Assembly (NCBI GenBank): GCA_027320425.1
Contig: DAHVLJ010000005.1
Span: forward strand, 22,832-86,831
Direction of reading: 5' to 3'
Source of the DNA: Nitrososphaerota archaeon
GTDB taxonomy: Archaea > Thermoproteota > Nitrososphaeria > Nitrososphaerales > Gagatemarchaeaceae
DNA: 64,000 bases
Shown here: positions 46,700 through 56,662 of the stretch, one piece after another
Layout: the number at the start of each line of letters is the position of its first letter
How positions within the stretch are numbered: the first letter of the stretch is position 1
Notes under the pieces: generated by a model
Databases searched by the model: none
Told to the model about the DNA's origin: nothing
The model's input: the letters and a program-made list of their open reading frames with translations, nothing else
Program-made: the position numbers and the translations under genes

Positions 46700-47932
46700 T
46701 CAGATTTCCCAGCTTTTCGCGTATTCTTTCTGCTCTTTCGTCTGCGTCCCGATGGCGATCCCCATGGACTTCAGGGCGGCCCTCGCGACTTCATCTTCGA
46801 GCTCTGCCGGCACTCCGTAGACGCGCTTTTCCATCTTGGCATGGTCGGCGTGGATGCGGATTGCCGCCATCATCTGGTTGGCGAATGACATCTGCATCAC
46901 TTCAGGAGGATGGCCCTCTGCTGCCACCAGGTTTGCGATCCTCCCCTTCCCGACGAGGTACACTTTCTTCCCTGAAGGTAGAATGACCTCGTCGACGTTA
47001 GGTCTGACCTCCTTCACACCCTTCGCTTTGGACAGCATCGTCTTCACGTCGATTTCGACGTCGAAGTGACCCGCATTGGAGAGAATGGCCCCCTCCTTCA
47101 TCTTCTCTACGGCCGAATAGGGCACCACGTTCTTCTGGCCCGTAGTGGTGACAAAGAGCTCGCCATCTTTGGCGGCCGTGTCAATGTCGGAGACGTCGAA
47201 GCCGTCTAGATGCGCCTCCAGAGCCCTGATGGGATCGATTTCTACAACTGTCACTCTTGCACCCATCCCCCTTGCCCTCATCGCGACCCCCTTCCCGACC
47301 CAACCGTATCCGACTACCACCGCCCTCACTCCAGCCAGGAGCAGCGCTGTCGCCCTCATGATTCCGTCGAGGGTGCTCTGTCCCGTCCCGTACCGGTTGT
47401 CGAACATGAATTTGGTCTTGGCATCGTTTACAGCGATGACCGGGTAAGCCAGTCTCCCCTCTGCTTCCATCGCCTTGAGCCTCCCCACACCGGTCGTGGT
47501 CTCCTCGGAGCCTCCCACTATGCCCCTGGCCTTGGAGAGGTGCGCTGCCACATGGAGGTCCGCGCCATCGTCAATGATCTGTTCCGGATGGGATCCAATC
47601 ACTTGTTCGATGCACCAGTTGTATTCCTTCGCAGACTGTCCTCTCCACGCCCAAACCTCCGTCCTCGTCGATAGGTAAGCGGCGATGTCGTCCTGCGTGG
47701 AAAGAGGGTTCGCGCCTGCCACCTTCAGGTCGGCTCCTGCGCCGAGGAGCGCGTCTATGAGGACCGATGTCTCCTTCGTTATGTGCAGACAGACGCCTAT
47801 CTTGATTCCTTCAAGCGGTTTCGACTTCGCGTATTTCTCAGCCAGGTTCGTGAGCGCGCCCATGTGGGCCTTGGCCCACAGGAAGTTCTTCTCTCCGGAC
47901 CTACTGAGCTTCTGATCTGCGACCTTGCTCAT
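46700..47932 (-). CDS. ahcY: Adenosylhomocysteinase
   Basis: NPLSTQD, EETTTG, KFMFDNRYGTGQS, GYGWVGKG, NAGHFD, EGHP.EVM. Confidence 0.96.
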   Translation of the reverse strand: MSKVADQKLSRSGEKNFLWAKAHMGALTNLAEKYAKSKPLEGIKIGVCLHITKETSVLIDALLGAGADLKVAGANPLSTQDDIAAYLSTRTEVWAWRGQSAKEYNWCIEQVIGSHPEQIIDDGADLHVAAHLSKARGIVGGSEETTTGVGRLKAMEAEGRLAYPVIAVNDAKTKFMFDNRYGTGQSTLDGIMRATALLLAGVRAVVVGYGWVGKGVAMRARGMGARVTVVEIDPIRALEAHLDGFDVSDIDTAAKDGELFVTTTGQKNVVPYSAVEKMKEGAILSNAGHFDVEIDVKTMLSKAKGVKEVRPNVDEVILPSGKKVYLVGKGRIANLVAAEGHPPEVMQMSFANQMMAAIRIHADHAKMEKRVYGVPAELEDEVARAALKSMGIAIGTQTKEQKEYAKSWEI

Positions 47933-48666
47933 TTTCCTTCTCCCCTCAGACCCGTTACAGAGGACTCTATCAAGCGTTTCACCAGCTTCCCCGACTTCTT
48001 CATGACCTTGAGCACCTCATCGTGGCTCACCTTGGGCTGCATCCCCGCCGCCCAGTTGGTGGAAATGACCACCGACGCATATCCGATCCCTTTCTCGTTG
48101 GCCAATACGACCTCAGGGACCCCCGTCATTCCCACTACGTCTCCGCCGAGTATCTTGTACATCTTGATCTCTGCGGCAGTCTCGAACCTCGGCCCTTCGG
48201 CGCACACATAGACAAGGTGCTGGTGAAGCTCGAAACCCTGCTTCTTGGCCGCCACCGCGAGCTCGAGATTGATGTGCCTGCTGTACGGATAGGTCATGTC
48301 AGTATGGATCACCTTCTCGTCGAAGAATGTCGTCTGCCTGTGCTTTGTGAAGTCCAGGAACTGCTCGATCAGACCGATCTCCCCTACTCCGAAGCCCGGG
48401 TTCATCGAACCTACTGCGCTTGTGGCTATCACCTCCTTCACCCCTAGCTGCTCAAAGGCTGCTATGTTCGCCCTGTAGTTGATGCCCTGGGGAGGGTATC
48501 TGTGGGCCGCACCGTGCCGTGGGATGACGACGTAGTCTCCTTCTCTGCGAGTGTAGACCACCGCCTTTCCGTATCTCGTCGACACGGTCCTTGGTTTGCT
48601 TAGGTCGAAGTGCTCGCTAACTCCAGTCCCTGTGACTATCCCTATCGGCGCAATTCGCCTAGTCAT
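47929..48666 (-). CDS. MTAP/PNP family nucleoside phosphorylase, probable 6-oxopurine (methylthioinosine) type
   Basis: PRHG..H, NYRANI, EGPRFET.AE, VGMT, STNWAAG (Asn in place of the MTAP Asp). Confidence 0.85.
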   Translation of the reverse strand: MTRRIAPIGIVTGTGVSEHFDLSKPRTVSTRYGKAVVYTRREGDYVVIPRHGAAHRYPPQGINYRANIAAFEQLGVKEVIATSAVGSMNPGFGVGEIGLIEQFLDFTKHRQTTFFDEKVIHTDMTYPYSRHINLELAVAAKKQGFELHQHLVYVCAEGPRFETAAEIKMYKILGGDVVGMTGVPEVVLANEKGIGYASVVISTNWAAGMQPKVSHDEVLKVMKKSGKLVKRLIESSVTGLRGEGK

Positions 48667-49189
48667 ACTTCGCGATGGAGTAGACTTCGTATCCAGCGAG
48701 TTTACTCCTTCCCTTCAGGGACTTCAGCTCAGTGACGAACGCGAAACCCACGACCTTGCCTCCCAGTTTCTCGACGAGTGTGGCCGCGGCTCTCGACGTC
48801 CCTCCTGTGGCAAGGAGGTCGTCCACCACGAGCACCCTGTCTCCCTTCGATATCGAGTCTGCGTGCATCTCGAGCCCCTGCCTGCCGTACTCGAGCTCGT
48901 AATTCACGCTGATCTTGGTCGCCGGGAGCTTCCCCACCTTCCTCGCAGGAACGAAGCCTATCCCCAGCCTGTCGGCGAGCGGCGCGCCGACGATGAACCC
49001 ACGAGCCTCGACGCCCACTATCTTGTCGATCCTGACGCTCTTCCACCTCTTCTCCATGTCATCGGCGACCTTTCTGTTGAGCTTCCCGTTCCTCCACAGC
49101 GTGGTGAGGTCCTTGAACGGGATCCCCTTCTTCGGGTAGTCGGGGATGTTCCTGATCGCCTTCTTGACGTCGGTCTCGAGCTTAGGCAT
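48659..49189 (-). CDS. apt: Adenine phosphoribosyltransferase
   Basis: IPDYPKKGI.FKD, EARGF, RKVGKLP, YELEYG, VDDLLATGGT; start ATG 49189. Confidence 0.95.
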   Translation of the reverse strand: MPKLETDVKKAIRNIPDYPKKGIPFKDLTTLWRNGKLNRKVADDMEKRWKSVRIDKIVGVEARGFIVGAPLADRLGIGFVPARKVGKLPATKISVNYELEYGRQGLEMHADSISKGDRVLVVDDLLATGGTSRAAATLVEKLGGKVVGFAFVTELKSLKGRSKLAGYEVYSIAKYD

Positions 49190-49995
49190 CAGGCTGTCAG
49201 CCTCGCGTGCTCCAGTGCCGAGCCGCATTCACAGGTGCGCTCTTCGGGGAGCCTCTTGACTATCTCCACGATGAGCTTTCTTAATCTCTCCAGGTTGCTG
49301 TTGAAGACCTTGATCACCTCTTCATGGGAGACTGGTTTCACCCTCGGGTCGCCTTCGAGCCCCGCGTCGTAGTCTGTGACAAGTGATATGTTCAGGAAGC
49401 ACATCTCCTGCTCCCTCGCAAGGACCACCTCTGGATACTGGGTCATGTTGATGACCTCCCACCCCTGTTTTGAGAAGAACCTGCTCTCCGACCTCGTCGA
49501 AAACCTCGGGCCCTGTATCACCACCACGGTGCCAGTCCGATGGAACTTCAGTCCGAGGACCTCGGCAGCCTCGATCGCGACCTCTCTCATCTGGGGGCAG
49601 TAGGGAGATGCGGTGCTCACATGAGTCGTCAATGGCCCGTCGTAGAAAGTGTCCTTCCTCCCGGTGGTGAAGTTGACGAACTGGTCGCAGAAGACCATGT
49701 CCCCCGGTCCTACTTCGGCCCTGAGGCTCCCCACCGCGTTGGGGGCTATGATGCGCTGTACCCCGAGCTTCTTGAACGAATACAGGTTCGCCCTGTACGG
49801 CACCATGTGCGGGGGAAACTCGTGGTGTAGGCCGTGCCTAGGAAGGAAGGCAACGCTCCTCCCCTCGATCTCCGAGATGGTGACGCTGGCGCTGGGCTTG
49901 CCGTAAGGGGTATTCACGGGGACGCCGCGAGCGCCCTTCGCGAACTTGTAAAACCCCGAACCCCCAAAGACGCCGAACTCTGCCCTCGGCTTCAC
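49189..49995 (-). CDS. mtnP: S-methyl-5'-thioadenosine phosphorylase
   Basis: GGSGFY, PRHG..H, QGPRFST..ES, NMT..PE, VTDYD. Confidence 0.92.
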   Translation of the reverse strand: MKPRAEFGVFGGSGFYKFAKGARGVPVNTPYGKPSASVTISEIEGRSVAFLPRHGLHHEFPPHMVPYRANLYSFKKLGVQRIIAPNAVGSLRAEVGPGDMVFCDQFVNFTTGRKDTFYDGPLTTHVSTASPYCPQMREVAIEAAEVLGLKFHRTGTVVVIQGPRFSTRSESRFFSKQGWEVINMTQYPEVVLAREQEMCFLNISLVTDYDAGLEGDPRVKPVSHEEVIKVFNSNLERLRKLIVEIVKRLPEERTCECGSALEHARLTA

Positions 49996-50091
49996 AGTCG
50001 GCCTCCTCGTGTTTCTGATTTAATCTTTCCATGGAGGGGCACCGCCGACATTCGGGCACTCTTCATTTATCGTCGCCGCCCAGGCGTCGGT

Positions 50092-50898
50092 GTGCAGAAC
50101 ATCGACCCGGTCTATTTCTCCCTGCCTGTCACGGTGCTCGTGCTCATGGTCGGCCTTGTTGTCTACTGGCGCCGATCGCGGGTCTTTTCCAGAGGAGCGA
50201 TGCTCTATTCGCTCGTCGCCTACGCAGGGGCGATCGCTTTGAAATATGCGGTACAGCTTCCGACCATCAACGCATTCGAAGCATCCACCGGGGGGAGCCT
50301 GGTTGCATTAGGGGTATACTATGGGGCTCAGACCGCCGCATTCGAGGTCGGGGGCGCTTACGTCGTCGCCAGGCTCGCCGTTTCCCGCTCCAGGCTCAAG
50401 GCAGAAGATGCAGAAGGGTTCGGGCTCGGACTGGCCTTTTGGGAGAACGCGGCGCTTCTCGCGGTCCCAATGCTGCTCGAATACTCGCTGTACTATGTCG
50501 TCCTCTCTTCTCCGAACTCATTGGCGGCGCAGGTCCTGTATCCCGTGCTTGCTAAGCAGTCGCCGGGGCTCTTCCTATCGCCCGCGGCTGCCTTGCCATT
50601 GGTGGGATATTCCATCCTGGAAAGGGTGTCTTCCCTCGTCTCTCACTTCACATGGGGCTTCCTCTGTCTTTTCGCAGCGGTGCTCAACAGAAAGCGCCTG
50701 TTCTTCATCGCTCTCCCCTTGGGTTTCGTCATCGACTTCCTGGTCCCCTTCGCTGGGGCCATCGGATTGGGGGTCTTCGAACTGACCATCTTTGCGATCA
50801 GCATCGCTGCGCTCGCAGGGGCCCTTTCTCTCGTCAGGCGTAGCGCGCTGCCGGGCGGAGCCGGGACCGTTTCCCACTCTCCTTCTTCGAATACTTGA
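50092..50898 (+). CDS. YhfC/PrsW-like intramembrane protease family protein
   Basis: Multi-TM; QTAAFEVG, GFGLGLAFWEN, ILER.SS...H. Confidence 0.7.
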   Translation: MQNIDPVYFSLPVTVLVLMVGLVVYWRRSRVFSRGAMLYSLVAYAGAIALKYAVQLPTINAFEASTGGSLVALGVYYGAQTAAFEVGGAYVVARLAVSRSRLKAEDAEGFGLGLAFWENAALLAVPMLLEYSLYYVVLSSPNSLAAQVLYPVLAKQSPGLFLSPAAALPLVGYSILERVSSLVSHFTWGFLCLFAAVLNRKRLFFIALPLGFVIDFLVPFAGAIGLGVFELTIFAISIAALAGALSLVRRSALPGGAGTVSHSPSSNT

Positions 50899-50924
50899 AA
50901 TACCGAGATTCGTCGATTCGCACG

Positions 50925-51341
50925 ATGCCCCATACATACGACGAGCTTCTTTCAAGGGCGAGGGCCGGCCTCGACAAGGACGCGAAGAAGTCGGGGGCGC
51001 TCAGGCTGGAGCTCCCTGAGCCGGACGTGATCTGGGTCGGCAACAAGACCATCTTCCGCAACTATTCCGAGTTCCCCAAACTGTTGAGACGCGAGTCGGG
51101 GAGGGTGCTGATGTACCTGGCCAAGGAGCTGGCCACCGCGGCTTCTCTCGACGGCGAAAGGGCGATCTTCATCGGCAGGAAGGACAAGGATTCCTTCTCG
51201 CAGCTTCTACAGCGTTACGTGAAGGAGGGGGTAATCTGTCCCGTCTGCGGGAGCCCGGACACCCACCTCGACAAGGAGAAGCGCATGTGGTTCATGGTCT
51301 GTGAAGCGTGCGGAGCAAGGTCAGTGGCCAAGGTGGCATGA
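50925..51341 (+). CDS. eif2b: Translation initiation factor 2 beta subunit
   Basis: YDELL.R, GNKT.F.N, KELAT, C-terminal CPVCGSPDT...CEACGA. Confidence 0.94.
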   Translation: MPHTYDELLSRARAGLDKDAKKSGALRLELPEPDVIWVGNKTIFRNYSEFPKLLRRESGRVLMYLAKELATAASLDGERAIFIGRKDKDSFSQLLQRYVKEGVICPVCGSPDTHLDKEKRMWFMVCEACGARSVAKVA

Positions 51342-51655
51342 CGGCGGAGAGCAAGGGGTTCTCAGTCAGGACCACAGCCTACAAGGGGACGATCCTCGTG
51401 AACATGTGCGACGAGGAGCTCGTGGGGACGACCGTGACCGAGGGGTCGCTGAAGATGCACCTTTCGAAGGAATTCTATTCCGGAGAAGTGGTGCAAAAGG
51501 GGGAAGCGCTGAGGCTCATCAGGACCTGTTCGATAGTCAACCTCGCAGGGAGCCGCTCTGTGTCTCTTGCCGTGGAGAACAAGGTCGGGGCGCCTGAGGC
51601 GATCCGCGAGATCGAAAAGGTGCCGTTCCTCATGATCTACAAGTTCGCGGGTTAG
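51338..51655 (+). CDS. DUF424 family protein
   Basis: [25 protein letters not shown]. Confidence 0.88.
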   Translation: MTAESKGFSVRTTAYKGTILVNMCDEELVGTTVTEGSLKMHLSKEFYSGEVVQKGEALRLIRTCSIVNLAGSRSVSLAVENKVGAPEAIREIEKVPFLMIYKFAG

Positions 51656-52710
51656 GACCCGAACCTGCGCAGAAGCTCTTTCTGAGAGCTTGACAAGTGC
51701 TTGGGCACTTCCACATTCACGAGCACGTATTCGTTCCCCTTGCCTCTCCCTCCCACCCTGGGAAGGCCTCTTTCCTTGATTGTGAAACGCTCGCCCGGCT
51801 GGGTCCCTGCGGGCACCTGGATGACCGCGTCTCCGTACAGCGTAGGGACCTTCACTTCTGTCCCCAGCATGGCCTGTATCGCGTCAATCTTGGTTGTGAA
51901 GTAAACGTCGCTGTTCTCTCGCATGAAGGTCCTGTGCGGCCTGACGTTCACGACTATGTAGAGGTCCCCGGGTGGCGTACCGTTTTCTCCCGCGTCGCCT
52001 TCGCCCCTGAGCCGGAGTGTGTGTCCATCATCCAGCCCTCCGGGGATGACCAGGCTGATCTTGCGCTTCCGCTGGACGGTCCCTTTGCCTCGGCACTCTC
52101 CGCAAGGGGCGTCGACGGTGAATCCCTTCCCTCTGCACCTGTCGCAGGCTGTGACCCTCACCAGGCGCGCGAAGCCTGCAGACTGCACCTTCTGTACCTG
52201 TCCCGTGCCTCCGCACGTCGCGCATGTCCTCGGCGAGGTCCCCGGCTTCGCGCCGCTCCCCTCGCAGGCGGAGCACAGCTCGGTCCTGGGAATCTCGATC
52301 TCCCTCGTTGAGTCGGCGACAAGGTCCTCGAGGTTGAGCTGCAGGTGGTATGTCAGGTCCTGACCTCTGCCGGGCCCGCGGCCCCCTCCGAAGAACTGAG
52401 AGAAGATGTCGTCGAAGCCGAACCCTGCGCCTCTGAAGAACTCGCCGAAATTCGCCCCCCTGAAGATATCCTCTTGGCTGTATCGCTGGTATACCCCTTC
52501 TCTGCCGAAGGAGTCGTACTGCCTCCTCTTTTCGTCGTCAGAAAGGACCGCGTATGCCTCGGATATCTCCTTGAATCGCTCCTCCGCTTCTGGGGCTCTG
52601 TTCCTGTCAGGGTGGAACTGGAGGGCGAGCTTCCTGTAGGCGTCCTTGATCTCGTCTTTCCCAGCCCCCTTCTTAACTCCGAGAACCTCGTAGTAGTCTT
52701 TGGCGGCCAA
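51652..52710 (-). CDS. dnaJ: Chaperone DnaJ
   Basis: J-domain HPD, G/F region, four CxxCxGxG repeats. Confidence 0.96.
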   Translation of the reverse strand: MAAKDYYEVLGVKKGAGKDEIKDAYRKLALQFHPDRNRAPEAEERFKEISEAYAVLSDDEKRRQYDSFGREGVYQRYSQEDIFRGANFGEFFRGAGFGFDDIFSQFFGGGRGPGRGQDLTYHLQLNLEDLVADSTREIEIPRTELCSACEGSGAKPGTSPRTCATCGGTGQVQKVQSAGFARLVRVTACDRCRGKGFTVDAPCGECRGKGTVQRKRKISLVIPGGLDDGHTLRLRGEGDAGENGTPPGDLYIVVNVRPHRTFMRENSDVYFTTKIDAIQAMLGTEVKVPTLYGDAVIQVPAGTQPGERFTIKERGLPRVGGRGKGNEYVLVNVEVPKHLSSSQKELLRRFGS

Positions 52711-52723
52711 CCGATTAGGTCAC

Positions 52724-54568
52724 CTACTTGCTTTCATCGGCTACCTTGTAGTCTGCGTCGCTGACGTTCTGCGCACCCTGCTGAGGGGCGTCTCCCTGTT
52801 GTTTCTGGGCCTGCTGCTGGTATACCGACGCTCCGACCTCCTGTAGGACCTTCTTCAGCGCCTCGGTCTTCTCCCTGATCTGCGAGGCGTCGTTGCCTCC
52901 AATCGCCTTCCTCAGCTCAGCCGCCGCCGCATCCATCCTGTCAAGGGCGGTCTTGTCCGCCTTCCCTTCAAGGTCGCGTTTCGTCCTTTCGGCGGTGTAC
53001 AGCACGGAGTCGGCTTCGTTCCTCACCTCCGCCTCTTCCCTCTTCTTCTTGTCCTGCTCTGAGAAAGACTCGGCTTCCTTGATGAGCTTCTCTTTCTCCT
53101 CCTTGGAGAGCTTGGTGGAAGCGGTGATCGTTATCTTGTTCTCTTTGCCGGTCCCCATGTCCTTCGCTCCGACCGTGAGGATGCCGTTCGCATCGATGTC
53201 AAACGTCACTTCGATCTGAGGGACTCCTCTCTGCGCCGGGGGTATCCCAGCCAGGTTGAACATCCCAAGTGACACGTTGTCCGCAGCCATGCTCCTTTCG
53301 CCCTGGACGACGTGGATAGTGACGGCCGTCTGGAAGTCGGCGGCCGTTGTGAACGTCTTACTGCGCTTGGTCGGGATCGTCGCGTTCTTCTCGATGAGGT
53401 GCTCTGTTATGCCTCCGAGCGTCTCTACTCCCAGGGAGAGCGGGGTTACATCGAGGAGCAGTATGTCCTTGATCTCGCCGGCCAGGACCGCTCCCTGGAT
53501 GGCAGCGCCGATCGCGACAGCCTCCATCGGGTCGACTCCCCTCTCGGCAGGCTTGCCGGCGACGTCTTCCACGAACCTCCTTACCAAAGGCATCCTGGTC
53601 ATCCCTCCGATCAGTATCACCTTGTCCACCTGGTCGGGGGTCAGCTTGGCGTCGCTCATGACCTTCCGGATGGTCTGCTCGGTCTTCGCGACTACGGGCC
53701 GCGCGACTTCCTCTAGCTTGGTCCGGGTCAGGGTGTAGTGCAGGTTCTTTGGTCCGGAAGCGTCGCTTGCGATGAAAGGCAGGTCGATGTCAGTGGAGGT
53801 GAGGTTCGACAGCTGGATCTTTGCCTGCTCTGCCGCTTCTTTGAGCCTCGCCATCGCTGTCCTGTCGGTAGAGAGGTCGATGCCGTTCTTGGCGCGGAAG
53901 TCATCGAGCAGCACCTGGATGATCCCCTTGTCTATGTCTGTACCGCCTGTCTGGGTGTCACCCGACGTGGCGAGGACCTGGAACACCCCCTTCCCGAACT
54001 CCATGATGGTGGCGTCGTGGGTCCCCCCTCCGAAGCTGAACACCAGGATCTTCATCTCCTTCTCAGACTTGTCCAGACCGTAGGCCAGTGAGGCCGCAGT
54101 CGGTTCATTGATGATTCTGACGACCTCCAGTCCTGCGATCTCTCCTGCGTCCTTGGTAGACTGGCGCTGATTGTCGTTGAAGTGCGCCGGAACCGTGATC
54201 ACCGCCTTCTTGACCGGATACCCCAGGAACACCTCGGCGTCGTGCTTGATCTTCTGAAGGATGTATGAGCTCAGCTGCTCTGGCGAGTAGTCTTTTCCTG
54301 ACAGGTTTACCCTGTGGTCGCTCCCCATCTTCCTCTTGATCTCGAACACGGTTCCGTCCGGGTTCGTAACGACCTGCCTTCGCGCCGGCTCCCCCACAAG
54401 CAGCTGCCCGTCCTTGGTGAATGCGACCACCGACGGGAACATCTTTCCGGCTGGCGTCGCACCTTCTGCGCTCGGGACCACTACAGGCCTCCCCGCCTCC
54501 ACGACGGAAGCAGCGGAGTTCGTCGTCCCCAGGTCTATCCCGATTATCTTCTCCCTAGCGCTACTCAT
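52724..54568 (-). CDS. dnaK: Chaperone DnaK (Hsp70)
   Basis: [49 protein letters not shown]. Confidence 0.97.
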   Translation of the reverse strand: MSSAREKIIGIDLGTTNSAASVVEAGRPVVVPSAEGATPAGKMFPSVVAFTKDGQLLVGEPARRQVVTNPDGTVFEIKRKMGSDHRVNLSGKDYSPEQLSSYILQKIKHDAEVFLGYPVKKAVITVPAHFNDNQRQSTKDAGEIAGLEVVRIINEPTAASLAYGLDKSEKEMKILVFSFGGGTHDATIMEFGKGVFQVLATSGDTQTGGTDIDKGIIQVLLDDFRAKNGIDLSTDRTAMARLKEAAEQAKIQLSNLTSTDIDLPFIASDASGPKNLHYTLTRTKLEEVARPVVAKTEQTIRKVMSDAKLTPDQVDKVILIGGMTRMPLVRRFVEDVAGKPAERGVDPMEAVAIGAAIQGAVLAGEIKDILLLDVTPLSLGVETLGGITEHLIEKNATIPTKRSKTFTTAADFQTAVTIHVVQGERSMAADNVSLGMFNLAGIPPAQRGVPQIEVTFDIDANGILTVGAKDMGTGKENKITITASTKLSKEEKEKLIKEAESFSEQDKKKREEAEVRNEADSVLYTAERTKRDLEGKADKTALDRMDAAAAELRKAIGGNDASQIREKTEALKKVLQEVGASVYQQQAQKQQGDAPQQGAQNVSDADYKVADESK

Positions 54569-55106
54569 TCACTTTCTCCTCCCCTTTGGCCGCCAATTCA
54601 ACTTTTACCATGCTGGGCCTCAGAACCTGACCGCGAAACTTGAAGCCTGGCCGCATCTCATCGACCACCACGTCCTGGCCGTGGGTTCCTCCCTGGGCTT
54701 TTGCTACTGCTTCGTGGATCGAGGGGTCGAAAGGCCTCCCTACGGCTTCTATCTTCTCCACCCCTGCATCCTGCAGCGCGGAGAGGAGGTTCCTCTGCAC
54801 CATCGATATCCCTTCCATCAGCTCCTTCCCGCCGGTCCCTTCTTGAGCGTGCTTCACTGCGAGGTCCAGCTCGTCCTGGACAACGAGGAGCCTCGTCACA
54901 AGTACCCTGGCAAGGGACTCTCCTGCGTCCTTCAGCTCCCTGTCCATCCTCTTGCGATAGTTCTCCAAGTCTGCCTGTGCGTATTTCAGGCGTGTCAGGA
55001 GTTCTTCATTCCGCCTCTTAAGTTCGGACAGCTCCCGCTGGATTTTACCACTCCCGTCTTCAGCCTCCTCGTCCTCCCTTGACTCGCCCGCCTCAGTTTC
55101 CGGCAT
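54561..55106 (-). CDS. grpE: Nucleotide exchange factor GrpE
   Basis: [21 protein letters not shown]...[11 protein letters not shown]; start ATG 55106. Confidence 0.94.
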   Translation of the reverse strand: MPETEAGESREDEEAEDGSGKIQRELSELKRRNEELLTRLKYAQADLENYRKRMDRELKDAGESLARVLVTRLLVVQDELDLAVKHAQEGTGGKELMEGISMVQRNLLSALQDAGVEKIEAVGRPFDPSIHEAVAKAQGGTHGQDVVVDEMRPGFKFRGQVLRPSMVKVELAAKGEEKVNE

Positions 55107-55183
55107 TCTTCCTTCATCGCCCACTAGGAAATTTTTGCGGGCTATCTCATATGTATAAATTTTCCATGGTTCTAGGTGGGGGT

Positions 55184-55960
55184 GTGCCAGGGTCGGACGA
55201 GGAGTCAAGCAAGGTCAGGGAGCGGATCCTCCGCTCTGAGCGTGAAAACAGGTATCTGAGAAGGGACTCGGACGACAGGAAGGTAATCGAGGAAGTCTTC
55301 GACAGGTCGACGATGCTGGCGGTGGAAGAACTCATCGCCAGGAAGGACCTAGGGGAACTTCACGGGGTCGTCAGCGCGGGGAAGGAGGCCAGGGTCTACC
55401 TCGGAGAAGACAGGGACAAGGGGCCAGTCGCGGTCAAAATCTACCTGACTTCCGCATCGGACTTCAGGAAGAGGATGGGTTACATAGCAGGAGACAGGCG
55501 GTTCGGAAAGCTGCCTTCGGGGTCCAGGCAGACAATCTACCTCTGGACAAGGAAGGAGTTCAAGAACTTGCAACTGGCAGACTCCATCGGTGTGGCGGTG
55601 CCGAAGCCCATCGCCTTCCACAAGAACGTGCTCGTCATGGAGTATGTGGGGGTCCCTCCCACTCCCGCGCCTACCTTCGCCGAGTCAGAGGTAGACGAAG
55701 GGGACCGAGACTGGGCGTTCGAGACCATTCGGGACCTCTGGAAGAAGGCGAAGCTAGTCCATGCGGACTTCTCCGAGTTCAACGCGTTCAAGTACGGGGG
55801 AAGAGACGTGCTCTTCGACATGGGCTCAGCGGTTCTTTCGTCTCACCCTCAAGCGGAGGAATATCTCAGGAGAGACGTCACCAATATGGTCAGGTTCTTT
55901 AGGAAGCGCGGGATCGCTGTCGAAGAGCCCGGCGAGGTCGTGGAGCGCATCACAAATTGA
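55184..55960 (+). CDS. rio1: RIO1 family serine/threonine kinase
   Basis: EEVFD..T, SAGKEA.VY, AVKIY, GDRRF, W..KEF.NL, LVHAD.SEFN; start approximate. Confidence 0.92.
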   Translation: MPGSDEESSKVRERILRSERENRYLRRDSDDRKVIEEVFDRSTMLAVEELIARKDLGELHGVVSAGKEARVYLGEDRDKGPVAVKIYLTSASDFRKRMGYIAGDRRFGKLPSGSRQTIYLWTRKEFKNLQLADSIGVAVPKPIAFHKNVLVMEYVGVPPTPAPTFAESEVDEGDRDWAFETIRDLWKKAKLVHADFSEFNAFKYGGRDVLFDMGSAVLSSHPQAEEYLRRDVTNMVRFFRKRGIAVEEPGEVVERITN

Positions 55961-56556
55961 GTTTTGAGCAGGTAGTGCGCATCCCGGTAGAAAGAGTGGG
56001 GGCTGTCATCGGACGAGAAGGAGCGACCAAGAGATACCTCGAAGAGGAGATGGGGGTCAAGCTCGTCGTCGACAGCAAGGAGGGGGTCGTCACCGTGAGG
56101 GCAGAGAAGGCGCTAAAGACTGACCCGTTCTCCGCCACCAGGGTAATCGAAGCCATCGGGAGGGGGTTCTCCCCCCAGAGGGCGTCCCGCCTGCTGGATG
56201 ACGGGACCGCCCTGGAAGTGATCGACCTCAGGACTTACTCTGGGCGAAGCTCCAACTCCCTTGAGAGGATAAGAGGACGGGTGATCGGGCTGAAGGGCAA
56301 GTCCAGGCGGGTCATCGAAGAGCTGACATCTTGTCAGCTTTCAGTCTACGGGAGGACTGTCGCCATAATCGGCGAGGCAGGAGAGGTCCAGTTAGCTTCG
56401 GACGCTGTGAGGTCCCTGGCAACGGGGAGCCAGCACAAGAACGTGTACAACACCCTGCAGAAGGCAAGGACAAAGCGCAAGATGGAGAGGATGTTCCTAT
56501 GGGAAGGGACGTCTCCGGAGACGGTCGAAGAAAAACTGAAGAAACTCGAACATTAG
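55957..56556 (+). CDS. KH-domain ribosome biogenesis protein (Dim2/Krr1-like)
   Basis: RVGAVIG..G, AIGRGFSP.RA, GRVIG..GKSRR.IEE, G.QH..VY. Confidence 0.92.
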   Translation: MSFEQVVRIPVERVGAVIGREGATKRYLEEEMGVKLVVDSKEGVVTVRAEKALKTDPFSATRVIEAIGRGFSPQRASRLLDDGTALEVIDLRTYSGRSSNSLERIRGRVIGLKGKSRRVIEELTSCQLSVYGRTVAIIGEAGEVQLASDAVRSLATGSQHKNVYNTLQKARTKRKMERMFLWEGTSPETVEEKLKKLEH

Positions 56557-56662
56557 CATATATCCGGTTTACGCCAGTACTCGCGGGCGGGGTCTGGCTA
56601 GGGAGAAATGGAGATTTGTTGACCGGCGTTAGATTCATAGGGACTGGTCCCCTGGCAGGCGA

